Shown here: piece by piece, positions 26,601 to 38,372 of the stretch
Position numbering within the stretch: the stretch's first letter is position 1
How the letters are laid out: every line of letters starts with the position of its first letter
Assembly: GCA_026770705.1 (NCBI GenBank)
Contig: JANJGN010000646.1
Location: 1-64,000, forward strand
Length of the DNA stretch: 64,000 nt
Origin: Isurus oxyrinchus
Taxonomy: Eukaryota
Direction of reading: 5' to 3'
Translations under genes and position numbers: made by a program
Notes under the pieces: model-generated
What the model was told of the DNA's origin: nothing
The model's input: the letters and a program-made list of their open reading frames with translations, nothing else
The model's database searches: none

Positions 26601-27908
26601 ACTTACCAGAAACGTGAAGCTGGGTTACAGGGTAATAGTTATGGCTCGGACCATTGTCAAATTCTATTCTGAAAAAATAAGGTCCTTCATCGTCCCGTCT
26701 GATGTTGTTTATAATCAGGGAACAGTCGCCATCTTTCAGGTCTCCAGACAGCCGGGTCCGATGGTGGAACCGTGGTAACTCGTGACTGTGATCCTTGGAG
26801 TGAAAGGCAATGGGAGGCCAGAATTTGTATTTCTCATTATTTAACCAGATTCCGACTTGTCGTTTGTTTTCAAGATATGCTGGATAACTGTAGTGACACC
26901 GAATCTGTACACACGAACCTTCCTGCGCTGTCACCTCTCGTGGAGTGTCACCTTTCCACTCTTGTGACAGTCCAACTGGGGAGAGAAATATCAATATTTA
27001 ACCCTGGATCCTCATTGTCTAAGGAATCTCTTTGGATCCTCATTGTCTAAGGGATTATTTCTGATCCAAACCCCATATTGTTGTATTGTTGATTCTGATG
27101 CAGCATTGTAGACTGACTTGTCCCCAAGCTCAGCACTGACCCTACTCCAGCAGACACTGTGAAACACACTAACAAAGCGCCTCTAGCCTGAGTTCTGCAT
27201 GTGTCGAGAGAAAGACAAATATACAAACTGAATATTGACCCCTTTACACACGGACAGCTTTACCTTCCTTCTCTCTTTCAGTTATCTTGCTCCCTTATTG
27301 AAGTTTCTAGCAAGGTGAGAATGGACAGGAAGTGTGACACTGAACAGCCTGTCTATTCTAGGAGCTGCTGTGTTGTCTTCATGGGAAATTCTGACTAAAA
27401 TCAGCAAAAGACACTAATTTCAGGCCATTGCTGTCAGAGTCCTAGCCACAAGATAGACTTCATCCCCTGAATTTTGTGTCCGATTTTCTACTCAAACTTT
27501 CACCTCCGCACACACCCACCCCGACCCCACAAGTCACTCGCTGACCTACACTGCTTCCCAGTCCAGCAACACCTTGATGTGATTATTTTCACACTTGATT
27601 TCCAATCCCTCCATCACTCCGCTCCACTCCCTGTCTCTGTAACCTCCTCCAAACCTACAACCCTCTGTGATCTCTGCACTCCTCCAATTCTGCTGTCAGA
27701 CAGGGAGTCAGTGTATATCAGTGAGCAAAGGGGTGATGGGTGAATGGGACTTGGTGTGAGTTTGTACACTGGCTCACTGCTGAATCAGTTCCCAATCAGA
27801 GCTCAATAAGAATGATCTTTTACGAAGACTATTAACCATAAATCTATCTGAGCTGACGATGATATTACCTTGGAGAAGTGACAGGAGGCAGTAATATTTC
27901 CCGATCAT
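17395..27908 (-). CDS. Gene A: apparently intact Siglec-like receptor (SP-V-C2-C2-TM-cytoplasmic tail), multi-exon
   Basis: Exons 27869-27908, 26607-26975, 25000-25287, 20474-20755, 19813-19909, 19010-19091 and 17395-17643 all have GT-AG sites and join in frame. Confidence 0.85.
19010..19091 (-). CDS. Membrane-proximal cytoplasmic exon, module 4
   Basis: 82 nt, phase 2->0, first acceptor downstream of the TM exon. Confidence 0.8.
19813..19909 (-). CDS. Gene A transmembrane exon (RDSSKWTVGLFTAGIMLSVLLAEIFIFICVRK)
   Basis: TTTTTACAG|...AGAAA|GTAAGT, 97 nt, phase 1->2; hydrophobic stretch followed by basic stop-transfer residues. Confidence 0.85.
20006..20465. other. Assembly gap (460 N) in the intron between the C2 and TM exons of gene A
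   Basis: Run of N. Confidence 0.99.
20474..20755 (-). CDS. Gene A membrane-proximal Ig C2/I-set exon
   Basis: IEGNSAVIICSVESFPASNLTW...DTGDYQCVAENEHG; 282 nt, phase 1-1. Confidence 0.9.
21109..23090 (+). mobile_element. Internally deleted Gypsy-like LTR retrotransposon
   Basis: Diverged direct repeats ~21109-21407 and ~22796-23090; polypurine tract AAAGGGGGAAGGA before the 3' LTR; gag-like DPFNPISGDWSQCVERLVFFFTAN; integrase C-terminus-like SNGRAE...PAELLMKRHLRT. Confidence 0.8.
23120..24830 (+). mobile_element. CR1-like LINE ORF2 remnant (endonuclease end to RT), frameshifted
   Basis: VPEDWRMANVVPLLKKG...NYRP...QHGFVKGRSCLTNL, SGVPQGSVLG; short tandem TCTATGAG tail. Confidence 0.9.
25000..25287 (-). 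CDS. Gene A second Ig domain exon (Siglec domain-2-like C2-set)
   Basis: DKPTIFPAEIIAGKRVDVSCTFNTTCNGTAAPVLTW...HHGHTLSCRVRYP; extra Cys as in Siglec domain 2; 288 nt, phase 1-1. Confidence 0.9.
26607..26975 (-). CDS. Gene A V-set exon with Siglec hallmarks
   Basis: EGSCVQIRC, GDCSL (B-E strand disulfide pattern), GPYFFRIE (essential Arg), N-terminal Trp; 369 nt, phase 1-1. Confidence 0.9.
27869..27908 (-). CDS. Gene A signal-peptide exon (MIGKYYCLLSLLQ|VGLS)
   Basis: ACAATG context, CAAG|GTAATA donor in phase 1; acceptor TTTCTCTTTCAG before 27950. Confidence 0.8.
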
Positions 27909-28357
27909 TGTCCACTCCCAGATATTTCAACAGCTTCTCACTCTCAAACTCTGAAAGAGAAAGGAGTTAATGAGACCTCACCTCTTGTCCGACAGCTCTC
28001 GAGGGATCAGAACTGCTTTTAGACAATATCTTCACAGATTAATTTGATTCTCTGTGGGATGATAGGTGCTCTGCAGAGAGTTACAAGGCTTGAAAAAGAA
28101 AAACAATGAAGGACTTGCATTTCTATAGCACCTTTCACCATCTCAGGATGTCCCAAAGCTCATGTCTCTGCACTTCCCTCATCCCTTGAGCTAGAAAGAT
28201 GTTCTGTACAACAGACTTGAGCCTCACACCCAGATCTCAATAATCAGTAGAAATCTTTCAAAGGCATCAATCATTGGAATCTGTCTTTATAAAGTCACAA
28301 CATCAACAAAGGACGGTGTTGGTGGTGGAAGTGAATTCCAATCGTTCCGTTACTTAC

Positions 28358-28497
28358 CCAGGACCTGTCCGACTGCTCGCCTGGGGAGGAACTGCCCACA
28401 CGCTCTGCTTGGGCTGAATGACCTCTTCCTGTGCTGCTCCCTCTGTGTATTTAATTAGAAAGGGTGGATGTGTCTCTGTGAGACAAAATGAGGAAGT
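28358..28497 (-). promoter_or_regulatory. Putative non-coding first exon (donor TGG|GTAAGT) and promoter with PU.1/ETS site AAAATGAGGAAGT (28485-28497)
   Basis: Module recurs upstream of every signal-peptide exon (36739-36878, 42088-42227, 48560-48699) and at 49208-49345 and 55735-55870. Confidence 0.6.
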
Positions 28498-28659
28498 AGC
28501 AAAGGAGTGAGTAAACAGGCAGTAGGAATGAGTGCTTCATACCACAAAGCGTTACAACATAATCACACTTTTGACCTATTTATTGTGATTCTGTGATGCT
28601 TCTCTTCTGTTGTTTGCTATTTGGTAACGTCAGTTTTCTACCATGGCTCCGAGGGTTAA

Positions 28660-30165
28660 TATTAAATTGTGCTGTTGCAGGGTAAATACTGAGCACGTGC
28701 GGCACCATCAGGGGGTCAGTACTGATGGGGTGCTGCTCTGTCGCAGGATCAGGTCTGAAGAAGTGCTGCTCTGTTGGAGGGTCAGCAGCAAAGGAGTTCT
28801 GCACTGTCAGAGTATTGTTGTATTGTTCCTGAGGGCATGCTGCACTGTCAGAGGGTCAGTACTGAGGGAGTGCTGCACTGTCAGAGGGTCAGTACTGAGG
28901 GCGTGCTGCACTGTCAGAGGGTCAGTACTGAGGGAGTGCTGCACTGTCAGAAGGTCAGTACTGAGGGCGTGCTGCACTGTCAGAGGGTCAATACTGAGGG
29001 AGTGCTGCACTGTCAGAGGGTCAGTACTGAGGGAGTGCTGCACTGTCAGAAGGTCAGTACTGAGGGAGTGCTGCACATTCAGAGGGTCAGTACTGAGGGA
29101 GTGCTGCACTGTCAGAAGGTCAGTACTGAGGGAGTGCTGCACATTCAGAGGGTCAGTACTGAGGGAGTGCTGCACTGTCGGAGGGTAAGTACTGAGGTAG
29201 TGCTGCACTGTCAGAGGGTCAGTACAGAGGGAATGCTGCACTGTCGGAGGCTCAGTACTGAGGTAGTGCTGCACTCTTGGAGGGGCAGTTCTGAGGAGTG
29301 CTGCCCTGTCGGAGGGTCAGTACTGAGGGAGTGCTGCACTGTCAGAGTCTTGTTCCTGAGGGAGTGCTGCACTGTCAGAGGGACAGTACTGAGGGAGTGC
29401 TGCACTGTCAGAGGGTCAGTACTGAGGGAGTGCTGCACATTCAGAGGGTCAGTACTGAGGGAGTGCTGCGCTGTCAGAGGGTCAGTACTGAGGTAGTGCT
29501 GCACTGTCATAGGGTCAGTACTGAGGGAGTGCTGCACTGTCGGAGGGTCAGTACTGAGGGAATGCTGCACTCTTGGTGTGTCAGTACTGAATGAGTGCTG
29601 CACTGTCAGAGGGTCAGTATTGAGGAAGTGCTGGACACTTGGTGTGTCAATACTGAGGTAGTGTCGCACTCTTGTATGGTCAGTACTGAGGGAGTGCTGC
29701 ACTGTTGGAGGGTCAGTACTGAGGGAGTGCTGCACTGTCGGAGGGTCCGTACTGAGGGAGTGCTGCACTGTCGGAGGGTCAGTACTGAGGGAGTGCTGCA
29801 CTGTCAGAGTCTTGTTCCTGAGGGAGTGCTGCACTGTCAGAGGGACAGTACTGAGGGAGTGCTGCACTGTCAGAGGGTCAGTACTGAGGGAGTGCTGCAC
29901 ATTCAGAGGGTCAGTACTGAGGGAGTGCTGCACTGTCAGAGGGTCAGTACTGAGGGAGTGCTGCACTGTTGGAGGGTCAGAACTGAGGTAGTGCTGCACT
30001 GTCGGAGGGTCAGTACTGAGGTAGTGCTGCACTGTCAGAGGGTCAGTATTGAGGAAGTGCTGGACATTTGGTGTGTCAATACTGAGGTAGTGTCGCACTC
30101 TTGTATGGTCAGTACTGAGGGAGTGCTGCACTGTTGGAGGGTCAGTAGTGAAGGAGTGCTGCACT
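28660..30165 (+). repeat. 33-bp minisatellite GTACTGAGGGAGTGCTGCACTGTCRGAGGGTCA (SINE-core derived)
   Basis: Tandem 33-mers giving 11-aa periodic ORFs; internal 462-bp (14-unit) duplication. Confidence 0.9.
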
Positions 30166-30869
30166 ATCTAAAGAACATTGTACAAGTTTCACAAAATTGC
30201 ATCGAATGCCTTTGTCTCACTAACTTCAAATTTAGAACAGGAATATTTCTCGCTGTTTCTGAGCAGCAAGGCAGCTTTGATATCACACCACCCAATGGCA
30301 GGAGTGCCTAACTACAATGTGACATGTTTACATGGGAAGTTTCCATTATAAAGATGGGCACAATAATTCACATGATTGGAAAATCGTCACAACATGAAGT
30401 AATGTCTTTGAGCCAAGATTTTGCAGTAAAATGAGAAATTTTATGTGTAAATATCTACAGAACAGCCTGTGCATTTTAATCACTTGTGTTAATCAATGTA
30501 ATTTTATTCATAACCCAAATGCTTCTTACAATCTATCGCAGCATGAAAAAGGTGCAGCATTCAGAAAGCACATTCCAATCAGAGAACAGAGTTTAGCAAC
30601 GTCACATTTCTGTTCATTCCTATTCGACCATGTTGGCTGCACACAGCCAGACAATGCCGTGGATATGTTGTGTCCACACAGCAGGACTGGGGAGCACCAG
30701 GTATAAGGAAAAGTTTCAGCTTGCTGAGGAGAAGAAGGAGAATCTCTCGTTCCAGGTTTCTCTCCGTACATTAAGAAGCAGGCATGCCGATGTTTCATTG
30801 CACTCTGTCTGCTGATGGGAGTCCGCTTGGAAATTGCTGTTTGTGCTGATGGAAAGAATAAGCTTTTCA

Positions 30870-31460
30870 TAAATTGAGGGATTGAGTTCAAATACAGGGA
30901 GGTTATGCTGAACATTTATAAAGCTCTGGTTAGGTCACAACTAGAGTTTTGTGTCCAGTTCTGGTCTCCTCACTTTGGGAAGGAAGTGAGGGTCCTTGAG
31001 AGGGTGGGGAGGAGATTGAGCAGAATGGGTCCAGGGATGAGGGATTTTAGCTACAAGGTTGGGTTGGAGAAGCTGGGGTTGTTCTCCTTGGAGCAAAGGA
31101 GATTGAGGGGGGATCTGATAGAGGTGTACAAGATGATGATGGGTTTAGATAAGGTAGAGAAAGAGAAGCTGTTGCCATTAGCTGATGGGACAAGGACTGG
31201 GGGACACAGATTGAAGGTTTTGGGCAGAGGGGGGATGTGAGGAGGAACTTTTTTACACAGCGAGTGGTTATGAGCTGGAACTCGCTGCCTACGAGGATGG
31301 TGGAAGTGGAGACGAACGATTTCAAAAGGAAATTGGATGGATACTTGGAAATAATCTTGCAGAGATACGGGGATAGAGAGGGGGAATGGGACTGACTGGA
31401 TTGCTCTACACAGAGACAGCATGGACTCAATGGGCTGAATGGTCTCCTACTGTGCTGGAA
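30870..31460 (+). mobile_element. CR1-like LINE 3' fragment (paralogous copy ~43800-44390)
   Basis: YKALVRSQLEFCVQFWSP...LEQRRLRGDLIEVYK; GGGCTGAATGG tail. Confidence 0.9.
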
Positions 31461-31578
31461 TGCCTCTCTGATACGAAGGTGATTCTAACCAGGACACTGA
31501 CCAGTTTCAGTACAACTTAACACAACATCACACGTTATTTGTCCGCACTGACTGACCAGATTGTTGCTGCACAAATCT

Positions 31579-31718
31579 TCAAACAGTCTGTCGACTTCCT
31601 TTCACTGTTTGTCTCTCCCAGACACAGACTCCAGCGATAGTGATAACCACAGCCACAAGGAATATCACAGCTCGTATTCCCAGGATCAGGATCACGTGCA
31701 GAATCTCTCCTCCACTGT
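31579..31718 (-). CDS. Arg-containing TM + short tail exon (SGGEILHVILILGIRAVIFLVAVVITIAGVCVWERQTVKGSRQTV*)
   Basis: TTCTCTAG acceptor, phase 1; hydrophobic segment with an embedded Arg; no Tyr in the tail. Confidence 0.85.
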
Positions 31719-33862
31719 CTAGAGAACACACAGAAAGAAATCATCACTGACTCTCCGCTTTCAATCTCTCACTCTGGCTGAACAATCAAGCTTCATATCA
31801 CTGCAACATTTGCTGTAATATTGACCCATCCACTGGGATTCAATGTGGAATGAATGTTTTCATTGTAAACACTCTAAGAATGGACAATCGGAACTTTCCC
31901 CTTAGCGTGGAACATTGGTGAGAATGGATCATTGTGCTGTTGTACTCCCTGTCCAATGTTTCTCTCCATCGCTGTGTACAGGATTGTGCTGTAGAAAATT
32001 CTGGAAACGTTTAGTGCCGGGTGGAAATCCATCTCGGACATGTGTGCGTATCAGGCAGGATCGAGATGGACTCCCCCACGGACTTACACCCCCTGCTTAA
32101 AAAACAGTTCCAATCTTTACCCAGAGAGAGGGGAGAATGTGGAACTCACTCCCACAGGGATTGGTTGAGGTGAACAGGATCGATGTATTTAAGGGGCAGG
32201 AGGGTCGGTAACCAGAGGGACACAGATTGATGAACCGGAGGGGGAGATGAGGAGAATTTGTTTTGACAGAGTGAGTTGTTGTGATCTGGAAGGTTCTGCC
32301 TGAAATGGCAGTGGAAGCAGATTCAATAGGAACTTTCAAAAGTGGAATTGTATAAACACTTGAAGGAGGAAGATGGGGGCAAAGTGGAGTGGTGGTTAGT
32401 GGATCTGATGGGATAGAACATTGAAAAACCTGGCACAGGCACCATGGGCTGAATGGCCTCCTCCTGTGCTGTACCATTCTCCGCTTCCATGATCTCTCCC
32501 CCAGTCAGTAACCACTCCAGATCCCTCTTGAAGTTGACAGAGAAACAGCAACCACCACACCCACTGACAGCACATTCCCGAGGATCACTACTCTCTGGGA
32601 AAAGATGAACTCCCCAACATCCAGCCTATTCCTGCTTCCCAGAGAGTGTAAACCCTTCAGGGAGGCGCTGAGGAAGTTTTCAATAAAATGACATCAAATC
32701 TACCGTTTGAGAAATAATTGAATTCTAATGAACTCACAGCTTGTGGAGCAAACTGGGAAGTAGAGTTGCTTGGAAAGCTGGGAAACACAAGGATTAAGGG
32801 CTACAATGCCACCACTGATGGGAGGCTGAAACTACAGCGTGACGTTTACATAGGCAGTCATCAGTATAAACAGGGGCATTGGACATACTGGGAATTATGT
32901 GCACTGGAATGGTGAGTAAATGATGTAAGATTTTCACCAGCAGGAATTCTCTAACTAAACCTCTCCAACTCTCTCTTACTCTCAGATACACAAAGAAAAT
33001 CACATAGAATCAGATAAGGAAGAGTTGGGTTGGTGATTCATCAAAGGGTTAGGTTTCAGGAAGCTTCTTAAAAGGAGAGAGAGAGTTGGAGACGCAGAGA
33101 GTATCTGTGAGAGCCTCTATGCATCTGAGTGTCTGTAACAGTAATTTCCATATTCTTCCATAAATATGAATGGGAACACAAATCCCAGAATTCAGGCCAA
33201 CTCTCCAGTGCAGTACTGAGGGAGGTCAGGTAACCCATGAGGGAGTGAGTGTTAGTGTTTGTGTGTGAGTGTGTCTTTGTGTGTGGTCATATATGTGTGT
33301 GTGCACGTGTCTATTTAGGTGTGTATGTTCGATGGTGTTTGTGTAGTGTTCAAATCTGAGAGAGATGTTGAAGTCTGTGTAACTCACGTTCCACAGTGAT
33401 GGTTATGAACCCGTCCACTGCTCCATGTTCATTCTCTGCCACACACTGATAGTCTCTAGTGTCCCTGGATGTAACGTGAGGAATCACCAACCACAGCTCA
33501 TTGTTGGAACTTGTTCTGTTCATTTGGACATTCAGATGTCATGGCAGGAATCAAGAAGCCCGTTCACAGGATTACCAACAGAAAGTGAACAACAATTTAT
33601 ACTTATAGGAAGAGAGTGCTGATTGGTTGGCAAGTGGTCTCTGATAGGTGGAGGTGTTGCCATGGAGAATGGTGTGTGCGAGATGTAAAGTTTAGACAGC
33701 TTGTCTCTTCATTCAGCAATAATCAAATAAATATCAATTAACTTCTATCGACTGTGAAGCACTTAGAGAGGTCTGAGAATGTGGACACTGAGAACGGGCT
33801 GCACTGTCAGAGGGTCTGCGCTGAGGGAGTGCTGATGTAGAATGAAAGGTGTATGTAATTAC

Positions 33863-34150
33863 CTTGCACAGTTAGTACGAGGGTCTGCTCCGATGAAACA
33901 GATGGATATCTCACTCTGCAGCTGAGAGTGTGTCCGTGGTGTTTGAGTGATGGGGTCAGGGTCAGAACAGAAGTATAGGACAGAGTGACACCATGCTGAG
34001 TTACAGTGTTTGAGACTGATCCAGGTACGTCAGTGGGAGTGTCCCAGGTTAAGACAGGTGCTGCTGTTCCATTGCACGTTGTGTTGAAGGTGCAGCTTAC
34101 ATCCACACGCTTTCCTGCAATAATTTCAGCAGGGAATATCATGGGTTTAT
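33863..34150 (-). CDS. Gene B second Ig (C2) exon, intact
   Basis: 288 nt, GT-AG, near-identical to 25000-25287. Confidence 0.8.
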
Positions 34151-37116
34151 CTGTGAAATCTAACAGACAGAGAATGGATCCTTTTAGAAAAATATAACGT
34201 GAAGCATCAGTTCAAATAGAAATCACAGTCCCACAAGAGAAAGCACTTTTACAAGGATGATATCAGAACTGAGAGGTTACAATGATCAGGAAAGATTTTC
34301 TTGCTCTTTGGCAGTAGTGTTTCTGTCTCTCAGCTTAATACACGTTCACTCCGAGACATGTGAATTGAGAACACTGGATGAGAGAAGAGGCTCAGACCAG
34401 AGATTGGAGTTAAAAGCAGAATACTGCGGATGCTGGAAATCTGAAACCAAAACAAAAATTGCTGGAAGGACTCAGCAGGTCTGACAGTATCAGTGGAGAG
34501 GAAGCCAGGGTTAACGTTTCGAGTCCGTATGACTCTTCATCAGACCAGAGGTTTGAGTTCACTGGCTTCTCATTTCCTCAGTGATCTGGGTGATTTATTA
34601 CAGTGCGTTTGTTGGATCTTACTGTGCACAAACTGCCTGCTGTGTTTTACATCTGTGACTACAATTCAGGAATAATTTCATTGGCTGTGAAGGGATTTGG
34701 ATCCTCCTGAGGTGGTAAATTGCGCTGCAGAAATGCACATCTTTCTTTTATCGATACGTCAGACTTTTAAACAGGACAGGAGAGATTGATGGGAGTGGAT
34801 AACCTGATAATGCTGTTAATGCTTTTCATCATCGATATTAAAGTGAGTATTAGACGTTGCTTTAGGACTGAACTGGAAACGATCACCAGGTTATTGAGAA
34901 TCAGACAGTGTGTTATAATAAGCTGTGTTTTGTGTTAATGTGTAAACATCACAGTTTGTGTTATTTCCCATTGAGTGTTGAATGTGAATTGTTGAGTAAT
35001 TATAACACAGCACTTACCACAAAAGTGAAGCTGGTTTACATTGTAATAGTTATGGCTCGACCATTGTCAAATTCTATTCTTATAAATAAGGTCCTGCATC
35101 TTCCCGTCTGATGTTGTTTATCATCAGGGAACAGTCGCCATCTTTCAGGTCTCCAGACAGCCGGGTCCGATGGTGGAACCGTGGTAACTCGTGACTGTGA
35201 TCCTTGGAGTGAAAGGCAATGGGAGCCCAGGGAATCTGTTTCTCATTATTAAACCAGACTCCACCTCGCAGTTGGCTTTCCAAATGTGATGGATAACTGT
35301 AATGACATGGAATCTGTACACAGAAACCTTCCTGCGCTGCCACCTCTCGTGGAGTGTCACCTTTCCACTCTTGTGACATTCCAACTGGGGAGAGAAATAT
35401 CAATATTTAACTCTGGATGGCTTGTAGATCCACTAGACTCGATATCCACCCCCTCCATCACTGGGGCACAGTGGCTGCAGTGTGGACCATCTACAGAACA
35501 CACAAGGATCTCCCCAAGATTTCACAATGGATGGAAGAGAATCCTGGACACAGGAGTGGACAAGTTCATTCTACATTGGCTCATGGTCCTCAGGACCCTG
35601 TTTAGTGAAGCCAGTCTTTCACCCAACACAGTGTCTACAAGATACACAGGGAAACTGTGTAAACATCTCATCTCTCTACACCGACTGGTTTGTCTTCGGT
35701 TTAACTTTCAGTTATTTTACTTCCTTATTGTGGTTGCTATGGTGAAACTGTGCAGGAAGTGTGAGGGCTGGACTCTCTGTCTATTCTGACTGCAGCTGTG
35801 ATGTGGTCGTGGTGATTCTCAGTAAAATGAAACCCTCTGATCTCCTCCATTGCCGAGGTTTAGGGAGTGAATTCCAGAGCTCAGGTCCCAGGCAGCTGAA
35901 GGCCCGGCCGCCAGTATTGGAGTGATGGGAATCGGGGGATGGTCAAGAGGCCGGAATTGGAGTAACACAGAGATCTGGGACTTTGGTTGGGAGAGTTGCA
36001 GGAGGTTACAGAGATAAGGAGGCAGTGTGAGGCAATGGATGCATTTGAACAAAGAGATGTGACTTTTAAGTTTGAGATGTTGTAGGACCAGGAGACAGAT
36101 AGTTTAGGGGTGATGGGTGAATGGGACTTGGTGTGAGCTTGTACACTGGCTCACTGCTGAATCGGTTCCCAATAACAGCTCAATAAGAATGATCTTTCAC
36201 AAAGGCTATTAACCATAAATCTGTCCGAGCTGACGATGATGTTACCTTGGAGAAGTGACAGGAGGAAGTAAGATTTTCCAATCATTGTCCACTCCCAGAT
36301 ATTTCATCAGCTTCTCACTCTGAAACTCTGAAAGAGAAAGGAGTTAATGAGACCTCACCTCTTGTCCAACAGCTCTCGAGAGATCAGAACTGCTTTTAGA
36401 CAATGTCTTCACAGAATAATTCACAGAATAATCATCCCTGTGGGATGATAGGTGTTCTGCAGAGAGTTACAAGGCTTTAAGAATGAAAAACAACAAAGGA
36501 CTTGCATTTCTATAGCACCTTTCACCACATCAGGACACCCCAAAGTATCTACAGTTCCCTCATCCCTTGAGCTAGAAAGATGTTCTGTACAACAGACTTG
36601 AGTCTCACACCCAGATCTCAATCATCAGTGGAAATCTTTCAAAGGCATCAATCATTGGAATCTGTCTTCATAAAGTCACAACATCAACAAAGGACGGTGT
36701 TGGTGGTGGAAGTGAATTCCAATCGTTCCGTTACTTACCCAGGACCTGTCCGACTGCTCGCCTGGGGAGGAACTGCCCACACGCTCTGCTTGGGCTGAAT
36801 GACCTCTTCCTGTGCTGCTCCCTCTGTGTGTTTAATTAGAAAGGGTGGATGTGTCACTTTGAGACAAAATGAGGAAGTTGGTTCAAAGTGACAGAGCAGC
36901 TCATGTTTTGAGATGTTGGTGAACTGTTAACCCTTTGTGTCCTGACCCTGTGTTGATATTTCTGCTCACAGGTGCACAGTCATTGACCAGGAGTTTCTCC
37001 TGTGGGTCAGTGGGTTTCACACCCGAACTCAGGGAGTCAGTATGTTTTAGAATTTTGTGGGGTTCAAGACCCCATTCAGCAGATGCCTGCCCCACAGAGT
37101 AGACTGAAATTCCCCA

Positions 37117-37612
37117 GTGTCAGTACTGAGGGAGTGCTGCACTGTCAGTGGGTCACTACTGAGGGAGTGCTACACTGTCAGAGGAACAGTACTGAGGGAG
37201 TGCTGCACTGTCGGAGGGTCAGTACTGAGGGAGTGCTACACTGTCAGAGGGACAGTACTGAGGGAGTGCTGCACTGTCAGAGGGACAGTATCGAGGGAGT
37301 GCTAATCTGTCGGAGAGACAGTTTTGAGGGAGTGTTGCACTGTCAGAGGGACAGTACTGAGGAATTGTTGCGCTGTTGGAGGGTCAGTACTGATGGAGTG
37401 CTGCACTGTCGGTGGGACAGTCCTCAGGGAGTGCCGCACTGTCGGAGGGTCAGTACTGAGGGAATGTTGTACTGTTGGAGGTTCAGTACTGAAAGTGCGC
37501 TGCACTGTCGGAGGGTCAGTACTGAGGGAGTGTTGTACTGTCAGAGGTTCAGTATTGAGGGAGTGCTGCACTGTCAGAGGGTCAGTACTGAGGGAGTGCT
37601 GCACTGTCAGGG
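37117..37612 (+). repeat. 33-bp minisatellite within a SINE-like element
   Basis: Same unit as 28660-30165, flanked by SINE-like head and body sequence. Confidence 0.85.
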
Positions 37613-38372
37613 GGTGAGTACATTGAGATTCCTGCTCTGCTCTATCAGCCCCTTGGCTGGACATAAAAGCCCCTGTGTTAATGTTCAGAAACGGTTATTA
37701 ATTGTATTCTGGTCACCATTTTCCCTCAAAGACAGATTATCTGATTGTCATCAGAATACCTTTCTATGGGATCCTGCTGAGCGTAATCTAGACTGTTCCA
37801 GCGAATGTAGAATGAAGGGTGTCTGTTCTTACCTTGCACAGTTAGTATGAGGGTCCGCTCCGATGAAACAGATGGATATCTCACTCTGCAGCTGAGAGTG
37901 TGTCCGTGGTGTTTGAGTGATGGGATCAGGGTCAGAACAGAAGTATAGGTCAGAGTGACACCATGCTGAGTTACAGTGTTTGAGACTGATCCACGTACGT
38001 CAGTGGGAGTGTCCCAGGTTAAGACAGGTTCTGCTGTTCCATTGCACGTTGTGTTGAAGGTGCAGCTTACATCCACACGCTTTCCTGCAATAATTTCAGC
38101 AGGGAATATCGTGGGTTTATCTGTGAAATCTAACAGACAGAGAATGGATCCTTTTAGAGAAATATAACGTGAAGCATCAGTTCAAAAAGAAATCACAGCC
38201 CTAAGATTAGAGATAGATGGGAGTGGATGACCTGATAACATTGATGGACACAGTCAATACATTTAATCATTGATATTAAAGTGAGTATTAGAGGTTGCTT
38301 TAGGACTGAACGGATGCTATCACCCGGTTATTGAGAATCAGACTCTGCGTTATACTAAACTGTGTTTTATGT

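Larger units (their letters stand above)
31579..36285 (-). pseudogene. Gene B: activating-type Siglec-like pseudogene (SP 36246-36285; V 35018-35384 frameshifted; C2 33863-34150 intact; half C2 exon ~33388-33540; Arg-TM 31579-31718)
   Basis: V exon is 367 nt versus 369 in gene A, with a stop at GPYL* where YFFR should be. Confidence 0.8.

Noticed and set aside
27951-28012. Extra 5'-UTR mini-exon with GAG|GTGAGG donor
   Set aside because: It would leave a ~31-nt intron before the leader exon, too short for a vertebrate spliceosomal intron.
28660-30165. 33-bp repeats as a CRISPR array or Cys/His-rich protein
   Set aside because: Head-to-tail units without unique spacers, no cas genes, vertebrate context; the unit matches a SINE core.
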